From contig DBOL01000001.1 in NCBI GenBank assembly GCA_002299555.1, positions 39,903-92,154 on the forward strand: 52,252 nucleotides of DNA, written 5' to 3'. Origin of the DNA: Candidatus Aminicenantes bacterium UBA647 (GTDB taxonomy: Bacteria; Acidobacteriota; Aminicenantia; UBA2199). Within the stretch, counting starts at the first letter, position 1; every line of letters starts with the position of its first letter. Under the pieces are notes generated by a model. The model was not told the origin of the DNA. It worked only from the letters and a program-made list of their open reading frames with translations, and did no database searches. A program made the position numbers and the translations under genes. Shown here one piece after another: positions 20,595 through 29,030 of this stretch.

Positions 20595-22276
20595 ATTTTC
20601 CCTGAAGTATTTACTATTTTTCCGTTCAAAATGATTTTGTAGATCTTAACTTTCAATATACTCTTCTTATCTTTCTCAATAATTTTATCAAGATCACCAT
20701 CAAAAATAGTAAGGTCAGCCAGTTTGCCGGATTCAATGGAACCGATCCTTTCTTCGTTGAATGAAGCATATGCTGCACCGAGGGTGTAGTACTTTATGGA
20801 GTCAATCAGATCGATCTGTTCATCGGGGAACCATCCGTTCTCAGGAAATCCGTTCTCAATGTTCCTTCTCTCTATCGAGGAATACAATCCTCTCCTCGGG
20901 TCAAGAGGTTCTACAGGCCAGTCAGTTCCGAATGCAAGCATCACTCCCTCTTTTTTAAAGGAGTTCCATCTGTATCCCTGCCCGGCCCTTTCTTTCCCTA
21001 TCCTCTCTTCAACGACAAGAAGATCTGTTGTGCAGTGTGTAGGTTGCATTGAAGGGATCATTTTAAGTTTATTGAACCTGATGAGATCTTCATTAGTGAT
21101 GAATTGTGTATGTTCAATTCTGTGCCTCAGCCCTTTCATTCCGAATTTTTTCTGAGCTTTTTCAACTGCATCAAGGACAAGATGAACGCCCCTGTTACCA
21201 ATTGCATGAACTCCTGTCTGGAAACCGTTCTTGTGGGCATTACTGATCAGTTCATCTAATTCCTCGACAGGATGGATAAGGATACCGCTGGTTTTCGGAT
21301 TATTGGTGTAAGGTTTGAAAAATGCTGCGGAAACTGATCCGAGTGATCCATCGGCAAACACCTTAACAAATGAGATCTTCACTTTGTCGGAACCGCTTCT
21401 GAATTTGATCCCCTTTTCCACACACCGTTCCATCTCTGCCGGAGATATCCACAGGTTGAACCTTAGTGAAAGGTTCCCGGATCTGTCCAGTTCATTTAAT
21501 TGTTCCATAAGTTTCAGGCTACCCTGGGTTGTAACAGAAGTAAGTCCCAGTTTGTTTGCATATCTGATCCCTGTTAAAAGTTTGTTCTCTTTGGATGAAC
21601 CGGGGATTACCATTTTCGGACCCTTTACATTTTTAACCAGTAATTCTGCATTTTCCTTTAATATTCCAGTTGGTGACTTATCATTGAACCGGAGCAATTC
21701 TCCACCCCGGGGATCGGGTGTCTCTTCTGAAATTCCTGCTTTTTTAAGAGTTGTTGAATTTACCCAGATAGAATGTCCGTCTACTCTGGTGATGATGACA
21801 GGGTTAGCAGGAGCTACTTTATCAAGATCATATCTGTCAGGAAATTTTTTATTTTTAAAATAAGCATGATTATAACTGTATGCCTTTATCAGAGCCCCCT
21901 CAGGTGAGATCTTGATCGCCTCCTTTATTTTTTCCAGTATCTGCTCTTTGTTTAAAAATCTAAGATCTAATCTGTTTGAAATAAGGTCAGAACCGGCTTC
22001 AAAATGGAGATGAGCATCATGAAGCCCGGGAATAACAGTTCTCCCCTTAAGGTCTATAACTTTGGAATGTTTATCCCGGAATTTCAATGAACCAGCATCG
22101 TCTCCTGTATACTGTATTTTATCTCCCACAATTACAATTGAAGATGTAACAGGGTTCCGGTTGTCCATTGTCAAAATTTTTCCATTCAGAAGGATCAGAT
22201 CCGCTGCTGGAAATGATTTCGGGGATCCCTGAATTGAGAATAATATTATCAATAGAATTATGGCTAATTTTTTCAT
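20591..22276 (-). CDS. Exported amidohydrolase family 3 (YtcJ-like)
   Basis: Signal peptide; PGLHDAHLH, DGHSIWVN, HAIGNR, RHRIEH, GTDWP, GKLAD; SD AGGAG before ATG 22276. Confidence 0.92.
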   Translation of the reverse strand: MKKLAIILLIILFSIQGSPKSFPAADLILLNGKILTMDNRNPVTSSIVIVGDKIQYTGDDAGSLKFRDKHSKVIDLKGRTVIPGLHDAHLHFEAGSDLISNRLDLRFLNKEQILEKIKEAIKISPEGALIKAYSYNHAYFKNKKFPDRYDLDKVAPANPVIITRVDGHSIWVNSTTLKKAGISEETPDPRGGELLRFNDKSPTGILKENAELLVKNVKGPKMVIPGSSKENKLLTGIRYANKLGLTSVTTQGSLKLMEQLNELDRSGNLSLRFNLWISPAEMERCVEKGIKFRSGSDKVKISFVKVFADGSLGSVSAAFFKPYTNNPKTSGILIHPVEELDELISNAHKNGFQTGVHAIGNRGVHLVLDAVEKAQKKFGMKGLRHRIEHTQFITNEDLIRFNKLKMIPSMQPTHCTTDLLVVEERIGKERAGQGYRWNSFKKEGVMLAFGTDWPVEPLDPRRGLYSSIERRNIENGFPENGWFPDEQIDLIDSIKYYTLGAAYASFNEERIGSIESGKLADLTIFDGDLDKIIEKDKKSILKVKIYKIILNGKIVNTSGKI

Positions 22277-22380
22277 TTTCTCTCCTGACAATTAATTATC
22301 CCCATATCAAAAAATCTTGTCAATATTACATGTCTCTTCTGTAGTTGAGATTATTTAAGAAAAAAGTTGAATATTTCTTA

Positions 22381-22399
22381 AATAAGAATTATTATTATT
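22381..22399. promoter_or_regulatory. Per/Fur-box-like palindrome overlapping the perR -10
   Basis: AATAAGAAT-T-ATTATTATT, 8 of 9 positions inverted; overlaps TTGAAT-17-TATTAT. Confidence 0.55.
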
Positions 22400-22403
22400 T
22401 AAA

Positions 22404-22838
22404 ATGACGATGACACCCGAATTGATAAGGAGCAAATTGAAGGATCTTGATCTCAAAGTCACTCCTCAGAGAGTAGTGATCCTTAAAACTCTTGCAGACA
22501 ATAAAAGGCATCCTACTGCTGAAGAGATATACCGAGAAGTTATTAAAAAGCAGCCGAATATAGCTGTTGGAACTGTGTACAATATTCTTGAAACGTTTGT
22601 TAACAAGGGGATTGCCGAGAAGATAAGTTCTATTGATGACAAAATGAGATATGATCTTATTTCTGAAGATCATCATCACCTTTTCAGTAAAAATTCGGAT
22701 GAAATAGCGGATTACTTTGATGAGAAACTTTCCGGGATAATTTGTAGTTATCTTGAAGTTAATGAGATCCCCGGTTTTAAAGTGGAAGGATTTAAACTGA
22801 ATATATCTGGGGAATTTACCAAGAATAGTAAAATCTAA
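22404..22838 (+). CDS. perR: Fur family peroxide-responsive regulator (PerR-like)
   Basis: TPQR, HPTAEE, GTVYN, RYD....HHH; directly upstream of rubrerythrin. Confidence 0.8.
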   Translation: MTMTPELIRSKLKDLDLKVTPQRVVILKTLADNKRHPTAEEIYREVIKKQPNIAVGTVYNILETFVNKGIAEKISSIDDKMRYDLISEDHHHLFSKNSDEIADYFDEKLSGIICSYLEVNEIPGFKVEGFKLNISGEFTKNSKI

Positions 22839-22853
22839 TTTAAGGAGATAAAT

Positions 22854-23429
22854 ATGAAGAGTTTAAAAGGAACTAAAACAGAGCAAAATCTGTTGAAATC
22901 ATTTGCCGGAGAGTCTCAGGCGCGTATGCGTTATGATTATTTCGCTAAACAGGCAAAGAAAGAAGGATTGGAACAGATATCAGCACTTTTTGCAGAGACA
23001 GCACTTAATGAAAAAGAGCATGCAAAAAGGTTTTTCAAATTCCTTGAGGGTGGAGTAGTTGAAATTACGGCTGCATATCCTGCAGGAATAATTGGTGCAA
23101 CTCTTGAGAATCTTAAGGCTGCTGCAGAGGGGGAAAATGAAGAGTGGACAGATCTCTATCCAGCGTTTGCAAAAACTGCGGAAGAGGAAGGATTTCCTGA
23201 AATTGCTTTAGCTTATAAAATGATCGCTAAAGTAGAAAAAGCTCATGAAGAGAGGTACCTGAAACTGTATAATAACCTTGATTCAGGAAATGTTTTTGAA
23301 AAAGATGGTGTTGTTGTATGGAAATGTATTAATTGCGGTTACCTTCATGAAGGGGCAAAAGCACCTGATCTATGTCCGGCATGTCTCCATCCTCAGGCAT
23401 ATTTCGAGATCAAAGAGTCAAATTATTAA
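22854..23429 (+). CDS. rbr: Rubrerythrin
   Basis: [22 protein letters not shown]-terminal WKCINCGY...CPAC. Confidence 0.97.
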   Translation: MKSLKGTKTEQNLLKSFAGESQARMRYDYFAKQAKKEGLEQISALFAETALNEKEHAKRFFKFLEGGVVEITAAYPAGIIGATLENLKAAAEGENEEWTDLYPAFAKTAEEEGFPEIALAYKMIAKVEKAHEERYLKLYNNLDSGNVFEKDGVVVWKCINCGYLHEGAKAPDLCPACLHPQAYFEIKESNY

Positions 23430-23443
23430 AAATTACTGAGAAA

Positions 23444-23780
23444 TTGAAGAAAATAATTTTCTTCACATTAATTTTTGGAAATATTTTTCTTTTTGGATTC
23501 AGACAGGGAGAACCGGAGGGGTTCAGCAACAAACTTTCCGATGCAGCTATTGCCAGAACTGAGTTCAATGTAAGATATGACGGAAGTTATATGAAAATTG
23601 ATTACCCCGGAGGGGATGTCCCTCCCGGGATCGGTGTTTGTACCGATGTCATCATAAGATCTTATTGTTCACAATATAAGTGCGGGTCCGGAACTGGAGG
23701 ATGTATTGTTCAGCTATAAGATAACCGGACACTACAGATATTATGGCAGATCCTCTGAAACGCCTGTTCCTTTAAATTGA
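23444..23780 (+). pseudogene. DUF1287 (YijF-like) gene with internal deletion and frameshift
   Basis: N-part YDGSY..IDYPGGDVP..GVCTDVIIRSY ends at ~23665; the C-part LIVHNISAGPELEDVLFSYKITGHYRY starts at 23661 in another frame, stop 23778-23780; the middle of the family is absent. Confidence 0.8.
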
Positions 23781-23805
23781 AAATTCCGGATTGTTAGGTT
23801 ATAAT
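23777..23805 (+). promoter_or_regulatory. sigma70-type promoter
   Basis: TTGAAA, 17 nt, TATAAT ahead of SD AGGAGG. Confidence 0.65.
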
Positions 23806-23827
23806 CACTCTCAGGAGGATGATTCCT

Positions 23828-24967
23828 ATGATAAAAAGAATTCTGTTATTAAGCTTGATATTGGTTTTTGCTCTAACCGGATTGGCTCAGGATAATGGAG
23901 CTGACTCAACTGAAATAAAAAGTGATGTTCCTGAAAAGGTTCAGCTAAGTCTGGATGGTCTTTTGAAAACCAGAACTTCTAACAATATTTACAGTTTGAA
24001 ATTACTTGATACTTATTATTATGTTCTGCAGAAATCAGTTTTTGTAAATATCCTTTTCACCGCTGAACTGGATGCGAAAATCGGAGAACTTGAGAAAGGG
24101 CTTAAAGATAAGTTTGATATAACTAAAGCTAAGTATGATGAATATGTATCTGAGATGGAAAAGAGGACAGCTGAGGAAAATTTAAAAATAGAAGAACAGA
24201 ACAAAAAGATCGAGGATATTACAAGAAAGGTTGCTTTAAAAAAATTTAACAAGCCTCAGTCTCCTGTTTATAAAAAGAGAGCGTCTTACCATAATCTGTA
24301 TCTGAAAGTTGTCAGGGATGGTGCTGAGTATCAAAAATTTAAAGCGCTGGTGCCATACAATGGGTTGAATGAGCTGGAGTATCTTTCATTCGGACTGATA
24401 TTGGAACCGGGGAAATATGATCTTCTCGTAGTTGTAGATGCTTATGATAATTCAGAAGACGGGACATTGCTTGCTGAGATAGAAGTTCCGAAACTAACAC
24501 TTTCAGATATTGCAGCACCAAAAAAAAATCTGGGTAATTCACGTCCTGTTTTCTATAAGAAAGTAAGTACTCTTCTTGAAGCTGAAAAAAGGTTTACAGT
24601 TGTGAGAGATAATTATCAGATCGGTATCGTGAAGCAAAAATTTTCACCATATACAGGTAATGAGTATAAGTTTAAGTCGGGGGATTCACCTATCCTGACA
24701 TTTTTCCTCAAGGGTGCAAAAATGGTTCAGAAAAATCCACCCTGGGATCTCACAGCAAATATTTCCATTGTGAATGGTAAGAAAAAGATATCATCTTTTA
24801 AGCCTGTAAAACTTCAGAACCCCTATTTTTTCCAACCGGTGAAGATCAACGGGAAGAAGGATAAGGAACTTGAAGCAGGGAAGTATTCGCTTGTTGTCGA
24901 GATCGTTGATAATAATCTGAAAGGCTCAAAAGGGAAGATCGTACTCCCGTTTGAAGTAATTAAATAA
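23828..24967 (+). CDS. Exported hypothetical protein with coiled coil and Ig-like beta domains
   Basis: Signal peptide ending GLA-Q; two L.(P/A)GKY.L motifs; ATG 23828 is better spaced from the SD than 23819. Confidence 0.75.
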   Translation: MIKRILLLSLILVFALTGLAQDNGADSTEIKSDVPEKVQLSLDGLLKTRTSNNIYSLKLLDTYYYVLQKSVFVNILFTAELDAKIGELEKGLKDKFDITKAKYDEYVSEMEKRTAEENLKIEEQNKKIEDITRKVALKKFNKPQSPVYKKRASYHNLYLKVVRDGAEYQKFKALVPYNGLNELEYLSFGLILEPGKYDLLVVVDAYDNSEDGTLLAEIEVPKLTLSDIAAPKKNLGNSRPVFYKKVSTLLEAEKRFTVVRDNYQIGIVKQKFSPYTGNEYKFKSGDSPILTFFLKGAKMVQKNPPWDLTANISIVNGKKKISSFKPVKLQNPYFFQPVKINGKKDKELEAGKYSLVVEIVDNNLKGSKGKIVLPFEVIK

Positions 24968-24983
24968 GATCTGAGAGCTTTTA

Positions 24984-26006
24984 ATGGAAAGAAAAGAAAT
25001 AGCAATTACTAAGGAGACCAGACAGGGAAAGTTTGTAAAAAAAATACTTGATGCTATAGGGCCACAACTTTCCATCAAATCATCGGATAAGGTGGCTATA
25101 AAAATAAATCTTTCCGGTTCCAGGGAAATATATGCGAACACACATTACGAGACAGTAGAAAGTCTGATCATATATCTGAGAGATAATTACGGAATTAATG
25201 ATATAACTGTTATTGAGGGGTCTGATGGAGCTTTTTTCACCAAAAAGAGTACCTGGGATATTTTTTATAAATTCAGGTACAAAGAAGTTGAACTTATGGG
25301 TGTAAAACTTCAGGACCTGGATGAATTGCCTCATGATAAAACGTTGGAAGTTGAAACGTTGACAGGGAAAAGAGAGGTCAGTTATGCTGAATTTGAAGCG
25401 GATTATACAATTTCTGTAGTCCCTCCAAAAACCCACCATTTGTTTCCCTGTATTTTGTCGATCCCCGGGCAAGCCGGCTATGTTAAGGCGGAAGAGAGAG
25501 GATTATTGTTCGGAGGTCTCCTGAACGATATTAAAAAACTAAGGATGTCTGATGAAGAGAGATATGCAAAGCAGCTGGATATAGCAGGAAGAAATTTTGC
25601 GAAATTATTAAAACAGATATCTCCTTCGCTTGTTATTGTAGACGGACTCTATGGAATGGAGGGGAAAGGCCCGATAAAAGGAAGTCCTGTTTTTCATGGA
25701 TTTGCGATTGCTTCAGAAGACCCCGTTCTTGCAGACTCTCTGGCAGCATATGTTATGGGATTTGAGGCAGATGACATTCCATATATTTATTACTCTTACA
25801 AGGAGGGTCTGGGAAACAACAGATGGCAGAATATAATTGGAGTAGATCCGGTTAAAGTGAAGTTCCCTTATCGTCCACATCCAAATTTCCAGAAACAAAA
25901 ATTGTGGAGGACAAAAACCCTGGGGAGTAATAGTGAAAGGGATAAGGATAAAAGAAATCACAGAAAAGATGGAAGAAACTTTGAAAGAAAAAATAAAACT
26001 CCTTAA
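24984..26006 (+). CDS. DUF362 domain-containing protein
   Basis: VAIKIN, TH, VIEG, PPKTH, IVDGLYGMEGKGP..G, ASEDPVLAD. Confidence 0.85.
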   Translation: MERKEIAITKETRQGKFVKKILDAIGPQLSIKSSDKVAIKINLSGSREIYANTHYETVESLIIYLRDNYGINDITVIEGSDGAFFTKKSTWDIFYKFRYKEVELMGVKLQDLDELPHDKTLEVETLTGKREVSYAEFEADYTISVVPPKTHHLFPCILSIPGQAGYVKAEERGLLFGGLLNDIKKLRMSDEERYAKQLDIAGRNFAKLLKQISPSLVIVDGLYGMEGKGPIKGSPVFHGFAIASEDPVLADSLAAYVMGFEADDIPYIYYSYKEGLGNNRWQNIIGVDPVKVKFPYRPHPNFQKQKLWRTKTLGSNSERDKDKRNHRKDGRNFERKNKTP

Positions 26007-26727
26007 GGAAGGAAAGCTTTCTGAGGAAGAGTTCTACAAAATAATCGAACATTTCCCTTATAAAGATATCGGGGAGATCAAACTGGATTTCCATAGAAAG
26101 TTCAGAAGAGGGTTGCCGGAAGTAATCTATGGAAGTGGAAAAAGTACGGAACAATTGCGGAAAATAATAAATAAATTCGAAGAGCTGGGTGAGAATGTAC
26201 TTATTACAAGGATAAATCAGGGAAAAGCAGATGAACTTACAGGTGAATTTAAAGCGCTTAAATATTATCCGAAGGGGAACATTCTCACTTTTGACAGGGA
26301 GATAAGACCATCTTTGGATGGAAAGATCCTTATCCTTACTGCTGGAGCATCGGATGAAAAGGTTGCTGAGGAGGCTTTTATTTCAGCAAAATATTTTGGG
26401 AACATCGTTGAGAAAGAATATGATGTGGGGGTTGCATGTATAAATCGTATTCTTGATCTCAGAGAAAAACTGAATGACTATTCTGTTCTGATAGTTGTTG
26501 CCGGAATGGAGGGAGCATTACCTTCGGTAGTTGCCGGGTTGACAGCGACACCGGTTATAGCAGTTCCTACTTCTGTCGGATATGGAGCAAATTTTGGTGG
26601 AATAGCCGCCCTTTTATCGATGCTGAATTCCTGTGCGGGGGGAATGAGTGTTGTAAATATTGATAATGGTTTCGGTGCTGCATTTCAGGCAACTTTGATA
26701 AACAGAAAAATCAGCGGAAAAGGTTAG
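25969..26727 (+). CDS. larB: Nickel-pincer cofactor biosynthesis protein LarB
   Basis: D.HR..RRGLPEVIYGSGK, AGASD..VAEEA, DVGVA, VAGMEGALPSVV, AVPTSVGYG, VVNIDNGFGAA. Confidence 0.95.
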   Translation: MEETLKEKIKLLKEGKLSEEEFYKIIEHFPYKDIGEIKLDFHRKFRRGLPEVIYGSGKSTEQLRKIINKFEELGENVLITRINQGKADELTGEFKALKYYPKGNILTFDREIRPSLDGKILILTAGASDEKVAEEAFISAKYFGNIVEKEYDVGVACINRILDLREKLNDYSVLIVVAGMEGALPSVVAGLTATPVIAVPTSVGYGANFGGIAALLSMLNSCAGGMSVVNIDNGFGAAFQATLINRKISGKG

Positions 26728-27221
26728 TCTTCTGTTTTTTTAGAGTATTTTTCTTTTAGCTTTTTATCAACAATATCGGGAACCATGGATTTGATCTCGC
26801 CACCGAACTTATAAATTTCCTTGACCAGTTTTGAACTGAGGAATGAGTATGAGATAGAAGGTACAAGAAAAATTGTTTCGATCTTATCTTTAATGCTTCT
26901 GTTCATGAGAGCCATTTGGAATTCGATCTCAAAATCAGATATTGCTCTTAATCCTCTTACAACTGTGAATGCATTCTTCCTCTCAAGGTAATCAACGAGG
27001 AGTCCTTCGAAATAATCTATTTCAATATTTTTATGGCTTTTAAAAGTTTCCTCCATAATTGCAATTCTTTCCTCGAGCGAAAAAAGATATGTTTTGGAAG
27101 GGTTTTTTAAGGCTGTAACAATGATCTTGTCAAACAACTTCAGGCCTCTTTCAATTATATCAATGTGCCCGTTGGTCAGTGGGTCATATGATCCCGGATA
27201 TACTGCTGTTCTATTACCCAT
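26724..27221 (-). CDS. coaD: Phosphopantetheine adenylyltransferase
   Basis: AVYPGSYDPLTNGH, RGLRAISDFE.E.QMA..N, SSKLVKE; SD GGAGG. Confidence 0.97.
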   Translation of the reverse strand: MGNRTAVYPGSYDPLTNGHIDIIERGLKLFDKIIVTALKNPSKTYLFSLEERIAIMEETFKSHKNIEIDYFEGLLVDYLERKNAFTVVRGLRAISDFEIEFQMALMNRSIKDKIETIFLVPSISYSFLSSKLVKEIYKFGGEIKSMVPDIVDKKLKEKYSKKTED

Positions 27222-27789
27222 TTTCATCCTCCATCAGCTTTAAAGTTTTAAGAACTTGTGTCCTTAGATCATCAAGGCTTCCGTTATTATCGATAAAATA
27301 ATCTGAAATTTCAACACATTTTCCAACCTGCTGTCCTCCCACTGGTTCGTTTATGCCCCACTCTCTGTCCAGTCTCATATTGAGCTGTGAAATATCTGCA
27401 ACATCAGTATCCCTCAATCTATCCTTCAATCTTTTAAGAATCAGTTCTCTGTCAGATCGTATCGCAACTAAAAAAAAAGGACTCAGGTTCTTTAGTTCGA
27501 ACACTTCATGGGGATTTCTTATCCCGTCAATGATCCATTTATTACCGGGTGATTCCGATAATTTTTCATATATTCTTTTCCCCAGAATGCCGGGTCCGCC
27601 TTCACTTCTCAACCTGTTCCCTATATTCTGCATTTCACTTCGTGAGACAGGTTTTGCAGCTAAAGCAACTTCTTCCCTGACAATATCAGATAGGGATATG
27701 TACTTGTATCCAAATTCCTCAAGAATCTTTACAACTTCACCTTTTCCGGAAGCCATCATTCCAGTGAGTCCTATATAGTCAATTTTCAT
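27214..27789 (-). CDS. P-loop nucleotide kinase (dephospho-CoA kinase-like AAA family)
   Basis: IGLTGMMASGKG, SLSDIVRE, GN.LR...G.G.L, IIDGIRNP.E, IDNNGS. Confidence 0.8.
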   Translation of the reverse strand: MKIDYIGLTGMMASGKGEVVKILEEFGYKYISLSDIVREEVALAAKPVSRSEMQNIGNRLRSEGGPGILGKRIYEKLSESPGNKWIIDGIRNPHEVFELKNLSPFFLVAIRSDRELILKRLKDRLRDTDVADISQLNMRLDREWGINEPVGGQQVGKCVEISDYFIDNNGSLDDLRTQVLKTLKLMEDENG

Positions 27790-27799
27790 TTATCTGCTG

Positions 27800-28315
27800 T
27801 TACCCTTTGTATTTAAATTTGTCATCAATAATATCCGATTCCTGCCACTCTTTGATCCACTCATCGGTTGTGAAAACTTTATAATGTTCTTTCTTGTCAC
27901 TCAATGAACAGATAACTCTGTTTATTCCGCTGTTTATGATCATTTTCTTGCAAATGAAACAGGGAAAAGCATCTATGTCTGCCCCGGTAATTCTTGATTT
28001 GCCATAAATATAAATGTCGCCGCCGATTGTACTTACTCCCGCTCTCGCTGCATTTATTATTGCATTCTGCTCTGCGTGAACCGATCTGCACATCTCATAT
28101 TGAGTACCTGAAGGGATTTTAAGTTTTTGCCTGAGGCAGAAATTGTGTTCCAATGAACTTTTTGTTTTGCGAGGTGCTCCGACATAGCCTGTTGCAATGA
28201 TCTGATCTTCATTTACAATAATTGAACCTATCAATACTTTGAGACAGGTAGAACGGCTTGAGACCACTTTGGCAATATCAAGATAATATTCAATTTTTTC
28301 CGGTCTTTCGATCAT
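27800..28315 (-). CDS. dCMP deaminase family protein
   Basis: RSTC, ATGY.G.P, HAEQNAI, PCFICKKMIIN. Confidence 0.92.
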   Translation of the reverse strand: MIERPEKIEYYLDIAKVVSSRSTCLKVLIGSIIVNEDQIIATGYVGAPRKTKSSLEHNFCLRQKLKIPSGTQYEMCRSVHAEQNAIINAARAGVSTIGGDIYIYGKSRITGADIDAFPCFICKKMIINSGINRVICSLSDKKEHYKVFTTDEWIKEWQESDIIDDKFKYKG

Positions 28316-28488
28316 ATGGTCAACTCCTTCAATCAGATCCGGTGTCCAACCGGGGATTTGTAAGTGATTATAGCATAATGGCTGAAAACAGAAAATGATA
28401 GATGAACGATTACACCAGCGAAGTATTCAGGATGCCAATTGTTGTTTTTTAACGAAATATGAGGTAAAATATGATTTTGGAGAAAAAA

Positions 28489-28929
28489 ATGAAAAATATA
28501 AAAATAATTTTAGTGATAATAGTGTTGACCATGATTACCGTGAATGTATCAGCTCATTGTGAAATTCCATGCGGGATCTATGAAGATTCTTTGAGGATAA
28601 GTCTGATCAGAGAGCATGTTACAACGATAGAAAAATCGATGAATCAGATATTGAAACTGGAAAAAGAAAATAACCTGAATTACAACCAGCTGGTTAGATG
28701 GATAAATAACAAAGAGGTGCATGCAGAAAAACTGCAGAATATAGTTACACAATATTTTATGACCCAGAGGATCAAAGTTGATGCAATGGATTATAATAAA
28801 AAAATATCTACACTTCATAAACTCCTTATTTATTCAATGAAGAGCAAGCAGACCACAGACCTGAAGAACATTAAAGTCTTACGTTCACTTGTTGATCAGT
28901 TCGAAGGCCTCTACATTAAGAAAAAATAG
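28489..28929 (+). CDS. sodN: Nickel superoxide dismutase precursor
   Basis: Ni-hook HCEIPCGIY directly after a Sec-like leader ending VSA; R...KE.HA. TTGTTT-17-TAAAAT ends at 28470, so ATG 28489 (SD GGAG) is favoured over 28471. Confidence 0.93.
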   Translation: MKNIKIILVIIVLTMITVNVSAHCEIPCGIYEDSLRISLIREHVTTIEKSMNQILKLEKENNLNYNQLVRWINNKEVHAEKLQNIVTQYFMTQRIKVDAMDYNKKISTLHKLLIYSMKSKQTTDLKNIKVLRSLVDQFEGLYIKKK

Positions 28930-28962
28930 ACTCCCGGGTTTTTACCTTTTCCTGATTTTTTA

Positions 28963-28983
28963 ATGCGACTTTATTAGTCGCAT
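28963..28983. repeat. Perfect 8-bp inverted repeat between sodN and the permease
   Basis: ATGCGACT-ttatt-AGTCGCAT. Confidence 0.6.
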
Positions 28984-29030
28984 AGGAGAGGTTTTTACTC
29001 CCTGATTGTCTGATTACTAATGGAAGAATA

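Noticed and set aside
23372-23719. 115-aa ORF as an intact gene with a Cys-rich tail (CSQYKCGSGTGGC), superficially RiPP-like
   Set aside because: The tail is the out-of-frame reading of the DUF1287 C-terminus after the deletion, and the listed start lies inside rbr
28930-29030. NiCo or other riboswitch upstream of the metal permease
   Set aside because: I could not identify the multi-stem junction or a terminator; only a simple palindrome is supported
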